Source: Candidatus Fermentibacterota bacterium | GTDB taxonomy: Bacteria; Fermentibacterota; Fermentibacteria; Fermentibacterales; JCC-6 | DNA: 59,299 nucleotides | Assembly: GCA_003646025.1 (NCBI GenBank) | Contig: QNDR01000003.1 | Coordinates: forward strand, 1 to 59,299 | Direction: 5' to 3' | Shown here: positions 1 through 8,572 of the stretch, one piece after another | How positions within the stretch are numbered: position 1 is the first letter of the stretch | How the letters are laid out: each line of letters opens with the position of its first letter | Notes under the pieces: generated by a model | What the model saw: only the letters and a program-made list of their open reading frames with translations | What the model was told of the DNA's origin: nothing | Database searches by the model: none | Position numbers and translations under genes: made by a program

Positions 1-765
1 AACATAGCAGAACTCCCTCTGGGAGTCTTCCTGCTTTATGTAGTGGTTCATCCATGAGATAACTCCCCTTGGGTCTACCGTTTCAAATGTGGGCTGCCAC
101 TTCATTGTGCTGTCGATATCAGGTCTGTAGACGCTGTCCATAGCCTGGGTGAACATATCAGGCATGTAGTCGTCGTATTCGGAATAAACATGATCAATAC
201 TGTCGGTAACCATTCGATTCCACTGGATAGCAGGAGCTTCATCGCGACCGTAGTAAAACCATACACTGTGAGAGTTCTGATTGAACAGAGTCTCCAGATC
301 CTCTGCTACATTTGTCATCTCCGTTATCATTTCACTTGGATATTTTTTTGCAAGAACAGTATCACCATTGCATGTGTAAGCTGTGCTTCCAATGTAATAT
401 ACGAGATTTTTCCATCCTGGTCTTGAATAGGCGGAGTCGGTGTTCATTTCAAACATATGCGAATACCAGTTGGTTACCGAGGTCAGATTCCAGGGGTTTA
501 TTACTGTCAGCATTCCGGTGGTGTCACCGGAAAGAACCACTTTGGCCAGGATTGAATCGGCCTGGTAATACTGTCTGCTCAACCCGTCATAGTTGTGCCA
601 GGAGAGCAGGCAGAAGAACTCTGTATCTATGTCTTCATAGTTTGCCTTAAGTCCGATAACAGGGATTGTGTTTGCGGGAGGAGTGTCCGAATAGGAAATA
701 ACTGTGACAGACAGAAGACAGATGAGTAGTAAGTATCCTGATCGCATGATATACCCTTCTTTCAT
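1..765 (-). CDS. Secreted hypothetical protein, 5' portion only (gene continues beyond the left edge)
   Basis: Absent from the ORF track because it has no in-window stop. My translation of the minus strand from ATG 765..763 (MKEGYIMRSGYLLLICLLSVTVISYS...) stays open for all 255 codons to position 1. The N-terminus is signal-peptide-like; an alternative ATG lies at 747. Plus-strand ORFs 190..426 and 312..650 are antisense shadows. No family recognised. Confidence 0.6.
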   Translation of the reverse strand, partial: MKEGYIMRSGYLLLICLLSVTVISYSDTPPANTIPVIGLKANYEDIDTEFFCLLSWHNYDGLSRQYYQADSILAKVVLSGDTTGMLTVINPWNLTSVTNWYSHMFEMNTDSAYSRPGWKNLVYYIGSTAYTCNGDTVLAKKYPSEMITEMTNVAEDLETLFNQNSHSVWFYYGRDEAPAIQWNRMVTDSIDHVYSEYDDYMPDMFTQAMDSVYRPDIDSTMKWQPTFETVDPRGVISWMNHYIKQEDSQREFCYV

Positions 766-804
766 ATCTGACCCGATAATATACAGTTAACGTGTGAATA
801 TGGC

Positions 805-829
805 AGTATAAGGGGGGGGGGCTTGTCAA
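805..829 (-). promoter_or_regulatory. Putative sigma70-like promoter with a C10 tract in a short 13-nt spacer
   Basis: The minus strand reads TTGACA (829..824) - AG C10 T (823..811) - TATACT (810..805), about 40 nt upstream of ATG 765. Three other putative promoters in this window have TTGACA/TTGCGA-N17-TATnnT spacing, so N13 is off-optimum. Confidence 0.3.
812..821. repeat. Homopolymeric G10 tract (C10 on the minus strand)
   Basis: Read directly: a-gggggggggg-c at 811..822. This is the longest homopolymer I noticed in the window. Confidence 0.9.
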
Positions 830-976
830 GTGCGAAAAGTTGCTTCAAGGCTTTCAGGTCAACAATGCAGGGATTCAGGCATGTTGCAGTTTGTGTGGTG
901 TGTTTTAAGCGGATAAGGTGTTTTATCGAAGTGTTCTCTTCCCGGTGTGGTGCTGTAAACGGTAACTGTGTGCCGG

Positions 977-1447
977 TCAGTGGAATAAATAAGCGAGAAG
1001 GCTTGTGTCTGTTATCCGCCAGTCTCCGTCTTCCCACACCATCTGGAAAGAAACGGAAGCTCCATTGAAGTAGTAAATAACAACTGTGGCGGTTCTTCCT
1101 TCCATTTCAGCTGTTTCACGCATTACCTGTTCGTCCGGCTGAACAACAACCTCGCCCAGAAGCACCCCGAGGATCTCCTGATCGTTCAGAGATTCGAAAT
1201 CCGCAATCGTTATTCTTCCCCTGTACCTGCTCTGAAGAATGCTCTCAACAAGAACAGGGTCCTCATCGCGAAGCGCCCTCATCTGGTCGATGAATTCTGT
1301 AAATGCAGAGTAAAGGTCACTGGAGACAAGATCCTCCAGGGCATAACCGTCCTGCCATGCAACAGCGTCAAGCAGGTCATAGGCTGTGTCAACAGGCGAT
1401 GCGGATACACTGCACGCCAGTACAACGGTGAGAACCAGTGCTTTCAT
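977..1447 (-). CDS. Small lipoprotein, function unknown
   Basis: The internal ATG at 1447 gives MKALVLTVVLACSVS..., a signal peptide with an L-A-C lipobox. It overlaps the upstream stop as ATGA. The longer ORF start at 1504 would lie inside the upstream gene. Confidence 0.65.
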   Translation of the reverse strand: MKALVLTVVLACSVSASPVDTAYDLLDAVAWQDGYALEDLVSSDLYSAFTEFIDQMRALRDEDPVLVESILQSRYRGRITIADFESLNDQEILGVLLGEVVVQPDEQVMRETAEMEGRTATVVIYYFNGASVSFQMVWEDGDWRITDTSLLAYLFH

Positions 1448-2445
1448 TGCTTCGCCTCTTTCCTGTTTCTGACCTGTTCTGCACTCAACCCCTGAACAAT
1501 CCATGTTCTCCCGCGTCTGCGAACTTCAATGTAGACAGGAAGAGTAACCTTCCCCAGACAATGGGTTCCCCTCTTCAGGGTCACAGCATCCGCCTGCGGT
1601 TCTCTGTACTGTCTGATTACTACCTCACAGTCTTCCGGAAGTTTCAGATACAGCTTTCCTTCATGGACTGCAGAACGAAAACCGGAAGCGTCTCCTGCAA
1701 TGGCGTTGCTTACAAAGCATTTTCCGTGCCTGAGCGCCTCTGTAAACTGGCCCGGTTCTGTGAACGGTTCGTCGAGAACAAGGTGAGTCCTGACTCTGTT
1801 AAAGAGCATTTCGTATCCAAAAATTTCCTTCCCAAAAAAACGATGACCGTGGGCGTCGGCACCGCCGACAAGACAGCCTCCTGCTTCAAACCACATATCC
1901 ACGGCTTTTTCAGGGGGGCTCAGTACAGTTCTGTCCGGGTGGTGTATCCGGCTCCAGGCGTTAAGCGGGCTCAGTCTGCCCTTCCAGCTGCTCATCCAGT
2001 TCCAGGCTTCAATACCGCTGAGGGGATGATCTGTTCCGAAACCCCAGGGATACCCCCCTATTCCCGGGACATACGGTCTTACCTCAACAGGGTGGGCTAC
2101 AATGGCAATACCGTTCATATCAAGAACACTGTTCAGCTGATCAAGTATATGACCTGCAGGCCTGATACTCTCTACACCGTACACAAGAAGGTGGCTTTTC
2201 AAGTCTGTGTGCTGCAGTTCGGTACCTATAACAGACATCAGTCCTCCGGTTACCCTGCCGTGCCAGCCTTCTTCCATAAGTGCAAGATTTCTGTGATCGT
2301 TAAAGGCGATAAAGTCCAGCCCGGTTTTTATACCTGCCTGAACAATTTCGTCCGGTTCACCGTATCCGTCGGACCTGGTGGTGTGTACATGAAGAACCCC
2401 TGTGGCTGAGTACTCCTCAAATACCACAGGGGATGAGTTATTCAA
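1444..2445 (-). CDS. PHP-domain metal-dependent phosphoesterase
   Basis: The N-terminus VLHVHTTRSDGYGEPDEIVQAGIKTGLDFIAFNDH is the HxH..D pattern typical of the PHP (polymerase/histidinol phosphatase) fold. Confidence 0.75.
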   Translation of the reverse strand: MNNSSPVVFEEYSATGVLHVHTTRSDGYGEPDEIVQAGIKTGLDFIAFNDHRNLALMEEGWHGRVTGGLMSVIGTELQHTDLKSHLLVYGVESIRPAGHILDQLNSVLDMNGIAIVAHPVEVRPYVPGIGGYPWGFGTDHPLSGIEAWNWMSSWKGRLSPLNAWSRIHHPDRTVLSPPEKAVDMWFEAGGCLVGGADAHGHRFFGKEIFGYEMLFNRVRTHLVLDEPFTEPGQFTEALRHGKCFVSNAIAGDASGFRSAVHEGKLYLKLPEDCEVVIRQYREPQADAVTLKRGTHCLGKVTLPVYIEVRRRGRTWIVQGLSAEQVRNRKEAKQ

Positions 2446-2451
2446 AGAAAT

Positions 2452-3648
2452 CTATCCTCTGCGTTTTTCTATCTCTTTTACGAGGGCAGGAATGATTTCA
2501 AAGAGATCGCCTACAAAACCCTCGGTGCAGAACTGGAATATGTTTGCATCGCGGTCTTTGTTCACTGCGTAGATCGTGTCTGAAGACTGCATACCAACCC
2601 GGTGCTGAACTGCACCGGAAATGCCTACGGCAAGGTATGTTTTAGGCTGAACAGTTTTTCCAGTCTGACCAACCTGCCTGGGGTATTCTATCCAGCCGTT
2701 ATCCACCGCTGCGCGGCTTGCCCCTACAGTTCCGCCAAGCAGATGAGCAAGGTCGTGAAGAATGCTGAAGTTTTCCGGGTTCTTCATTCCCCTGCCGCCT
2801 GAGATAACTATCTCGGCTTCGGTGATGTCAACCTCGTCTCCGGCAGACGGAACGAACTCAAGAACCTTCGACCTGTTCTTTGTCATCTCGTCTGTAACCT
2901 GCAGATTTATAACCTCTCCGGTTCTGGAAGTGTCAATCTCCATTGGCTTCATTACGCCGGGCCGGACGGTAGACATCTGCGGTCTGGTTCTGTCACAAAC
3001 GATTGTAGCCATGATGTTTCCACCAAACGCAGGTCGGGTCTGCATAAGCATTCCACTGTCCGCGTCGATTTTCAGGTCGGTGCAGTCCGCTGTAAGACCT
3101 GTATCCAGAATCTTGGAAACTCTTGGCATAACATCTCTGCCTGTTGTGGTTGCAGCTGCCAGAACTATCTCAGGCATATACTCTGTAATTACATGGGTAA
3201 GAACACTGCTCCAGGGTTCGGTTGAAAAGTGTTCAAAGCTGCTGTGTTCAGCCACTATTACCCGGTCCGCACCTGCATGTATGAGTTTCTCCGGAGCATC
3301 AGACGGATCAGCTGCTATAAGCAGAGCAGAAACCTCTTTCTCTCCTGCTGAAAGCTTTCTTGCTTCTCCCAGAAGCTCGTATGTGCTTCTGTCCGGAGAG
3401 CCGTTTCTCATTTCACACAGAACAAGAATTCCTGAATACTTTGCCAGCTGTTCCTCGTTTCCACCGAAGGAATGATGAACAGCAAGGGACTGGAACGGAC
3501 ACGAGTCTACGCAGATGCTGCACAGCGTGCACGCATCTGAAACAACGGCTCTCTTGTTATCATTTATGGAGAGAGCCTGAACAGGACAGGTTTTCACGCA
3601 GATGCCACAACCTGTACAGCTATCCTTTATTTCGAGAAATCCACTCAT
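2452..3648 (-). CDS. etfA: Electron transfer flavoprotein alpha subunit with N-terminal 2x[4Fe-4S] ferredoxin domain
   Basis: Two CxxCxxCxxxCP motifs (CTGCGICVKTCP, CTLCSICVDSCP) precede an ETF-alpha body (GGRGM, AVGISGAVQH). The start at ATG 3648 lies 1 nt after the etfB stop; the ORF-track start at 3732 would overlap etfB. Confidence 0.9.
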   Translation of the reverse strand: MSGFLEIKDSCTGCGICVKTCPVQALSINDNKRAVVSDACTLCSICVDSCPFQSLAVHHSFGGNEEQLAKYSGILVLCEMRNGSPDRSTYELLGEARKLSAGEKEVSALLIAADPSDAPEKLIHAGADRVIVAEHSSFEHFSTEPWSSVLTHVITEYMPEIVLAAATTTGRDVMPRVSKILDTGLTADCTDLKIDADSGMLMQTRPAFGGNIMATIVCDRTRPQMSTVRPGVMKPMEIDTSRTGEVINLQVTDEMTKNRSKVLEFVPSAGDEVDITEAEIVISGGRGMKNPENFSILHDLAHLLGGTVGASRAAVDNGWIEYPRQVGQTGKTVQPKTYLAVGISGAVQHRVGMQSSDTIYAVNKDRDANIFQFCTEGFVGDLFEIIPALVKEIEKRRG

Positions 3649-3649
3649 G

Positions 3650-4441
3650 CTAAGCCTCACCCCCTTCTCCGAGAAGCAGGTCGGCGAGCCTTGAAACAAG
3701 TTCCTCTGTGCTGCCCTCGTGTATCTGACCACCGGTTCTGGCTTCAGGTGTGGCTGTTACCACAACCTTTGTGGGAGACCCGTTAAGCCCGGTCTCTGCC
3801 TCTGTGAGGCCAAGATCGCTGAGTTTCCACACAGGTATCTGAACTTTCCTTGACTTCATTTTTCCCCTGAGGGATGGTACCCTTGGGACATTGGCATCTT
3901 TCAGGATCGTAAGCACAACCGGAAGCTCCGTCTGCACGACCTGCATACCTGTTTCAACATACCTCTCCGCAATAATGGAATCTTTGTTCAGCTCTCTGAC
4001 CTTTCCTACAAATGTGATCTGGGGCCAGTCAAGAGAAGCCGCGACGCTGGGACCTGTCTGCGCCGTGTCCCCGTCAATGGCCTGCTTACCGAAGAACACG
4101 GCATCAACGTCACCGAGTTCCGCCACTGCTGCGGCCAGTGTGTGGCTGGTGGCCCATGTGTCCGCACCTGCGAAAGCTCTGTCACTTATAAGGATGGCAT
4201 CGTCTGCGCCCATGGAAATAGCCTCTTTCAGCACTGATTCAGCCTGGGGAGGGCCCATGGTGATAACTGTAACCACACCTCCCAGCTCATCACGCCACTT
4301 CATTGCCTCTTCCAGGGCGTAAGTATCAAAAGGATTCATTATCGACGGTACACCGTCGCGAATCAGGGTGCCCCTTTCAGGATCGATCCTGACTTCAGCG
4401 GTATCCGGCACCTGCTTAACGGCAACAACGAACTTCATCAC
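3650..4441 (-). CDS. etfB: Electron transfer flavoprotein beta subunit
   Basis: MKFVVAVKQVPDTAEVRIDPERGTL... is the typical ETF-beta N-terminus. The gene sits between the acyl-CoA dehydrogenase and etfA. Confidence 0.9.
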   Translation of the reverse strand: MMKFVVAVKQVPDTAEVRIDPERGTLIRDGVPSIMNPFDTYALEEAMKWRDELGGVVTVITMGPPQAESVLKEAISMGADDAILISDRAFAGADTWATSHTLAAAVAELGDVDAVFFGKQAIDGDTAQTGPSVAASLDWPQITFVGKVRELNKDSIIAERYVETGMQVVQTELPVVLTILKDANVPRVPSLRGKMKSRKVQIPVWKLSDLGLTEAETGLNGSPTKVVVTATPEARTGGQIHEGSTEELVSRLADLLLGEGGEA

Positions 4442-4443
4442 TC

Positions 4444-5598
4444 CTACTTTCTGTGTGCTTCTTTTATCATGGCTTTGGCGATTACACTTCTCTGTATCTG
4501 GTTTGTGCCTTCGTAGATCTGTGTAATTTTAGCGTCGCGCATCATCTTCTCTACGGGATACTCTTTCATGTACCCATATCCTCCAAGAATCTGAACAGCA
4601 TCAGTTGTTACCTTCATGGCAACATCACTGGCAAACACCTTTGCCATGGCTGAAACCTTGTTGAAGTTCTTTGCCCCGCTGTCTATCAGACCTGCGGCGG
4701 TGTAAGTAAGAGCCCTGGCAGCCTCAATCTGGGTTCCCATGTCTGCAAGCATGAACTGAAGCCCCTGGAATGAGTTTATCTTCACTCCAAACTGCTTTCT
4801 TTCGTTAGAATATTTCAAAGCTTCATCAAGCGCGCCCTGGGCTATCCCAACCGCCTGGGCCGCCACGCCCGGTCTGGAATTATCAAGGGTTTTCATCGCA
4901 ACCATGAATCCGAAGCCTTCGCGTGAAATCAGGTTTTCCGCCGGAATTCTGCAGTCTTCAAAAATGAGTTCCCGTGTGGCGGAGGCCCTGATACCCATTT
5001 TGTTTTCTTTCTTGCCGTAGTTGAAACCGGGAGTACCCTCTTCCACGATAAACGCGCTTGCCCCGCGGGCACCTCTTTCAGGGTCAGTAAGAGCAATAAC
5101 GGTGTATATCTGGGCCTCTCCGCCGTTGGTGATCCACTGTTTTGTTCCGTTAAGTATGTAGTGATCTCCGTCTTTAATGGCCCTTGTTTTTACACCGCCA
5201 GCATCACTTCCAGCTTCTGGTTCAGTAAGCGCAAACGCACACAGCTTCTCTCCGGAGGCAAGCTGGGGAAGATACTTCTTTTTCTGTTCCTCCGAGCCCA
5301 TGAGAAGGATAGGCATGGCACCCAGGGCATTGGCAGCGTAGGACACAGCAACTCCACCGCAGTAGCGGCTCAGCTCCTCTGTGGCCACTGCAAGAGCCAT
5401 ACTGCCCATACCGGTTCCACCGTATTCCTCGGGGATGTAAATGGTGAACAGATCGCTCTGCGCCATGATGTTCATGATTTCTCTCGGAAACTTGTTCTCC
5501 TCATCAAGCTCGGCTCTTATGGGAAGAATGTGTTTCTCCCCTATTTCAATACAGATTTCTTTTATAGCCTGTAAATCTTCATTAAGCATGTAGTTCAT
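4444..5598 (-). CDS. bcd: Short-chain acyl-CoA (butyryl-CoA-type) dehydrogenase
   Basis: Acyl-CoA dehydrogenase hallmarks are present: LTEPEAGSDAGG, the WITNG region, and C-terminal IYEGTNQIQR. Gene order bcd-etfB-etfA. Confidence 0.85.
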   Translation of the reverse strand: MNYMLNEDLQAIKEICIEIGEKHILPIRAELDEENKFPREIMNIMAQSDLFTIYIPEEYGGTGMGSMALAVATEELSRYCGGVAVSYAANALGAMPILLMGSEEQKKKYLPQLASGEKLCAFALTEPEAGSDAGGVKTRAIKDGDHYILNGTKQWITNGGEAQIYTVIALTDPERGARGASAFIVEEGTPGFNYGKKENKMGIRASATRELIFEDCRIPAENLISREGFGFMVAMKTLDNSRPGVAAQAVGIAQGALDEALKYSNERKQFGVKINSFQGLQFMLADMGTQIEAARALTYTAAGLIDSGAKNFNKVSAMAKVFASDVAMKVTTDAVQILGGYGYMKEYPVEKMMRDAKITQIYEGTNQIQRSVIAKAMIKEAHRK

Positions 5599-6198
5599 TT
5601 AGTCTTTCCCTTCAATGGCCTGAAGTGCCTCTGCAGCAGCCAGTTCCTGCGCTTTTTTCTTACTTGATGCCCGGCCGGTGCCCAGCACTAAACCTTCTAC
5701 TGATACGCTGATATAGAAAACCGGATCATGGGATGGCCCGGCTGTTAAATCCGTTGTGTACACAGGCAAAGACCCTCCTCTGGCCTGACAGTATTCCTGA
5801 AGAACCGTTTTAGCATCGCCGGAACTGCTGATCTCTTCCTTTGACAGAAGGGTTTCCTCAACAAAACGGAACGCACTGTCAAACCCCGAGTCCACGAACA
5901 AAGCCCCGACAACCGCCTCATAGGTATCTGCAGCCACAGCGTCTGGAATAGACCCGCTGCCAAAAGCCGTCCCGGTCACTATACTCTCTCTCAATCCCAA
6001 TCTGTCTGCACACCTTGCAAGGGCAGCTTTCCTCACAAGACCTATCTTCATTCTGGTCAACTCCCCCTCGGAAGCCTCAGAATTATCTGAAACAAGGCCC
6101 CACCTCACGGCAAGCTCTATTACCGCATCGCCGAGGAACTCAAGACGTTCATTATTTTCCGCCTGGGAAACAGACCTGTGAGTCAGAGCAATGCGCAA
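5599..6198 (-). CDS. rnc: Ribonuclease III
   Basis: NERLEFLGDAVIEL catalytic signature and a C-terminal dsRBD (KTVLQEYCQ...ELAAAEAL). The ORF-track start is TTG at 6198. RNase III-like sequence (SLERLFGRSELL) continues in frame upstream to 6252 with no canonical start codon. Confidence 0.85.
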   Translation of the reverse strand: MRIALTHRSVSQAENNERLEFLGDAVIELAVRWGLVSDNSEASEGELTRMKIGLVRKAALARCADRLGLRESIVTGTAFGSGSIPDAVAADTYEAVVGALFVDSGFDSAFRFVEETLLSKEEISSSGDAKTVLQEYCQARGGSLPVYTTDLTAGPSHDPVFYISVSVEGLVLGTGRASSKKKAQELAAAEALQAIEGKD

Positions 6199-6248
6199 CA
6201 GCTCAGAGCGGCCGAAAAGCCGCTCCAGACTGTCTTTTCCATCTGTTT

Positions 6249-7502
6249 TCAGCTATCGCCCTTGTACTTGCGAAGAGCAATACAGACATTGTGCCCGCCA
6301 AAACCAAGTGAATTACTCAGAGCACACTGTATATCTGCTTCTCTCGCAGTCTTCGGTACGTAATCAAGATCACACCCCTCACCTGGATTTTCCAGAGTTG
6401 AAGTCGGGGGAACAAGCCCGTTCTTCAGAGCGAGGGAGGTAAGCATTACTTCCATTGCACCTGTGGCTCCAAGCATGTGGCCGTGGGTTGACTTTGTGCT
6501 TGAAACCAGAACCTTCGCTGCGTGACTGCCCAGGGCCGCCTTGATCGCATCCGTTTCGTTGATATCGTTGAGCTGAGTTGACGTACCATGAGCGTTCACG
6601 TAGTCAATATCTGATACAGCCATTCCGGCGTCACTCATGGCCATTCTCATGGCTCTGGCACAACCCTCTCCCCCTGGTGCCGGGGCCGTTATGTGGTGTG
6701 CATCACAGGACATGCCAACACCCGAAATCTCTGCAATGATATGAGCACCTCTGGCCTCTGCATGAGACAACTCCTCGAGAACAATAATACAGGCGCCTTC
6801 TGCTATAACAAATCCGGATCTGTCTCTGTCGAATGGTCTGGATGCTTTCTCAGGCTCATCGTTGAATGTGGCACACAGCGCTTTCATTGAGCAGAAACCA
6901 CCAACACTCATCATTGTGAGCGGTGCTTCACTTCCACCGGTAACCATGACCTCCGCCCTGCCCAGGCGAATTGCGTCTACGGAAGATGCGATTGCATGGG
7001 AACTGGATGCACACGCAGTAACTGTTGCGAAGTTAGGACCCTTTGCGTTAAGATCTATGGCAACCTGCCCTGCAGCCATGTTGCTTATCATCATAGGAAC
7101 AAACAGAGAACTGATTCTTCCCGGCCCTCTGTTCATTGCAACAGTGTGCTGCTTTTCAAAGGTATCCATACCGCCAACACCTGAGCCGATAACAACTCCC
7201 ACACGTTCCGGATCAATGGAGGCCTCTGAAAGCCCTGAGTCAGCCCATGCCTGTTCAGCGGCGGCCATTGCAAACTGTGTGTATCTGTCGTTTCTTCTGG
7301 CATTCCTGGGACCCAGCAGCTCAACCGGGTCAAAGCCCTTAACCTCGCCTGCGACCTGACTGGTAAACGGTTCCGGGTCTATCATGGACAATCTCACGAT
7401 ACCGCTGTTTCCTGCCACGGCATTTTCCCAGGCCTCAGACACTGTATTTCCGATTGGGCTGAAAACGCCCAGACCGGTGATTACTACCCGTTTATCAGAC
7501 AC
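6249..7502 (-). CDS. fabF: 3-oxoacyl-ACP synthase II
   Basis: Active-site TACASS Cys, HGTST and KSTHGHMLGATG His motifs. GTG start preceded by GGAGG. Confidence 0.95.
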   Translation of the reverse strand: MSDKRVVITGLGVFSPIGNTVSEAWENAVAGNSGIVRLSMIDPEPFTSQVAGEVKGFDPVELLGPRNARRNDRYTQFAMAAAEQAWADSGLSEASIDPERVGVVIGSGVGGMDTFEKQHTVAMNRGPGRISSLFVPMMISNMAAGQVAIDLNAKGPNFATVTACASSSHAIASSVDAIRLGRAEVMVTGGSEAPLTMMSVGGFCSMKALCATFNDEPEKASRPFDRDRSGFVIAEGACIIVLEELSHAEARGAHIIAEISGVGMSCDAHHITAPAPGGEGCARAMRMAMSDAGMAVSDIDYVNAHGTSTQLNDINETDAIKAALGSHAAKVLVSSTKSTHGHMLGATGAMEVMLTSLALKNGLVPPTSTLENPGEGCDLDYVPKTAREADIQCALSNSLGFGGHNVCIALRKYKGDS

Positions 7503-7525
7503 GGAATTCCTCCAGGTACTTTAAT

Positions 7526-7567
7526 CCGGCAAATCGCCACACCCCTCCGGCTGCGGCGATTTGCCGG
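7526..7567 (-). other. Intercistronic 13-bp perfect stem-loop between acpP and fabF
   Basis: CCGGCAAATCGCC (7526..7538) pairs perfectly with GGCGATTTGCCGG (7555..7567), leaving a 16-nt loop. No U-tract follows on the minus strand. Confidence 0.45.
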
Positions 7568-7588
7568 CAATTCATAAACTGCGTTTCT

Positions 7589-7828
7589 CTAGGCTTCTAT
7601 ACCTTTTTCTTTCAGAAACTCAACAACAGAACCAACGGTCTGAAGCTTGTTTCCATCTTCATCAGAAATCTTGAGATTAAAGGTATCCTCAAGGTCCATC
7701 ATGAGATCAACCATGTCAAGAGAGTCAGCTCCAAGATCGTCTTTAAGGCTGGCAGAGTTTGTAACTTCCTCCGGCTTAACATTAAGACGACTTACAATAA
7801 TTTCAGCGATACGGTTTTCCAGAGACAT
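7589..7828 (-). CDS. acpP: Acyl carrier protein
   Basis: 79 aa with the LGADSLDMVDL phosphopantetheine-attachment motif. Confidence 0.95.
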   Translation of the reverse strand: MSLENRIAEIIVSRLNVKPEEVTNSASLKDDLGADSLDMVDLMMDLEDTFNLKISDEDGNKLQTVGSVVEFLKEKGIEA

Positions 7829-7840
7829 ATCTTTCCTTTC

Positions 7841-8572
7841 TCAGGTGGTAAGACCGCCATCAACGGGCAGTACAACGCCGGTAATATACTTGGCTGAGGG
7901 GCTCATGAGAAATGCTACTGCTTCAGCAATTTCAACGGGCAGTCCCAGCCTGGCCGCAGGAATCCTCGAAAGGTAGTCACCGCGCACCTCCTCCGATAAC
8001 TTCTGTGTCATTTCTGTTTCAATAAATCCGGGAGCCACAACATTGACTGTGATACCTCTTGCCGCCAGCTCTCTGTTAAGAGACTTCGACATACCGATAA
8101 GCCCTGCTTTGCTTGCAGCGTAGTTTGTCTGGCCGGCAGATCCAGTAAGCCCGACCACCGATGAAATACTCACAATACTGCCTTCGCGTGCTCTTATGAG
8201 AGACCTCATAAAAGCCTGGGTTACCTTCCATGCACCGGTGAGGTTAACATCGATAACCATATTCCACTGGTCTTCACCCATACGCATCATCAGAGCATCA
8301 CGGGTAATTCCTGCATTGTTTACGATGCCCTTTACCACAGGCAGTTCTTTCCCTATGGAAGCTGCAACCACAGCAAGCTGCTGAGTATCGGTGATATTGA
8401 CCGTATAGGGTTTGTACATGCTTCCCAGCTCAGACGCAGACCTGCCAAGGTCATCTTCCAGCATGTCCAGTGCTGCTACGGTCCAGCCTGTGTCTATAAG
8501 TTTTTTCGCGATCTCGAGACCGATTCCTCGGGCCGCACCGGTAACAACGGCAGTGGCGTTAAGATTCATCAC
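7841..8572 (-). CDS. fabG: 3-oxoacyl-ACP reductase
   Basis: SDR motifs [15 protein letters not shown] and YAASKAG; located in the fab cluster. Confidence 0.9.
   Translation of the reverse strand: MMNLNATAVVTGAARGIGLEIAKKLIDTGWTVAALDMLEDDLGRSASELGSMYKPYTVNITDTQQLAVVAASIGKELPVVKGIVNNAGITRDALMMRMGEDQWNMVIDVNLTGAWKVTQAFMRSLIRAREGSIVSISSVVGLTGSAGQTNYAASKAGLIGMSKSLNRELAARGITVNVVAPGFIETEMTQKLSEEVRGDYLSRIPAARLGLPVEIAEAVAFLMSPSAKYITGVVLPVDGGLTT

Noticed and set aside
1438-2409. Long antisense ORFs in the track (for example 1438..2409 +, 10569..11495 +, 15152..15925 +, 22165..22914 -, 33961..34641 +, 37703..38572 +, 53681..54709 +, 54830..55753 +)
   Set aside because: Each lies entirely opposite a gene with strong family motifs. 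Their translations are low-complexity or Cys/Arg/Ser-rich with no recognisable motif. They are shadow ORFs.
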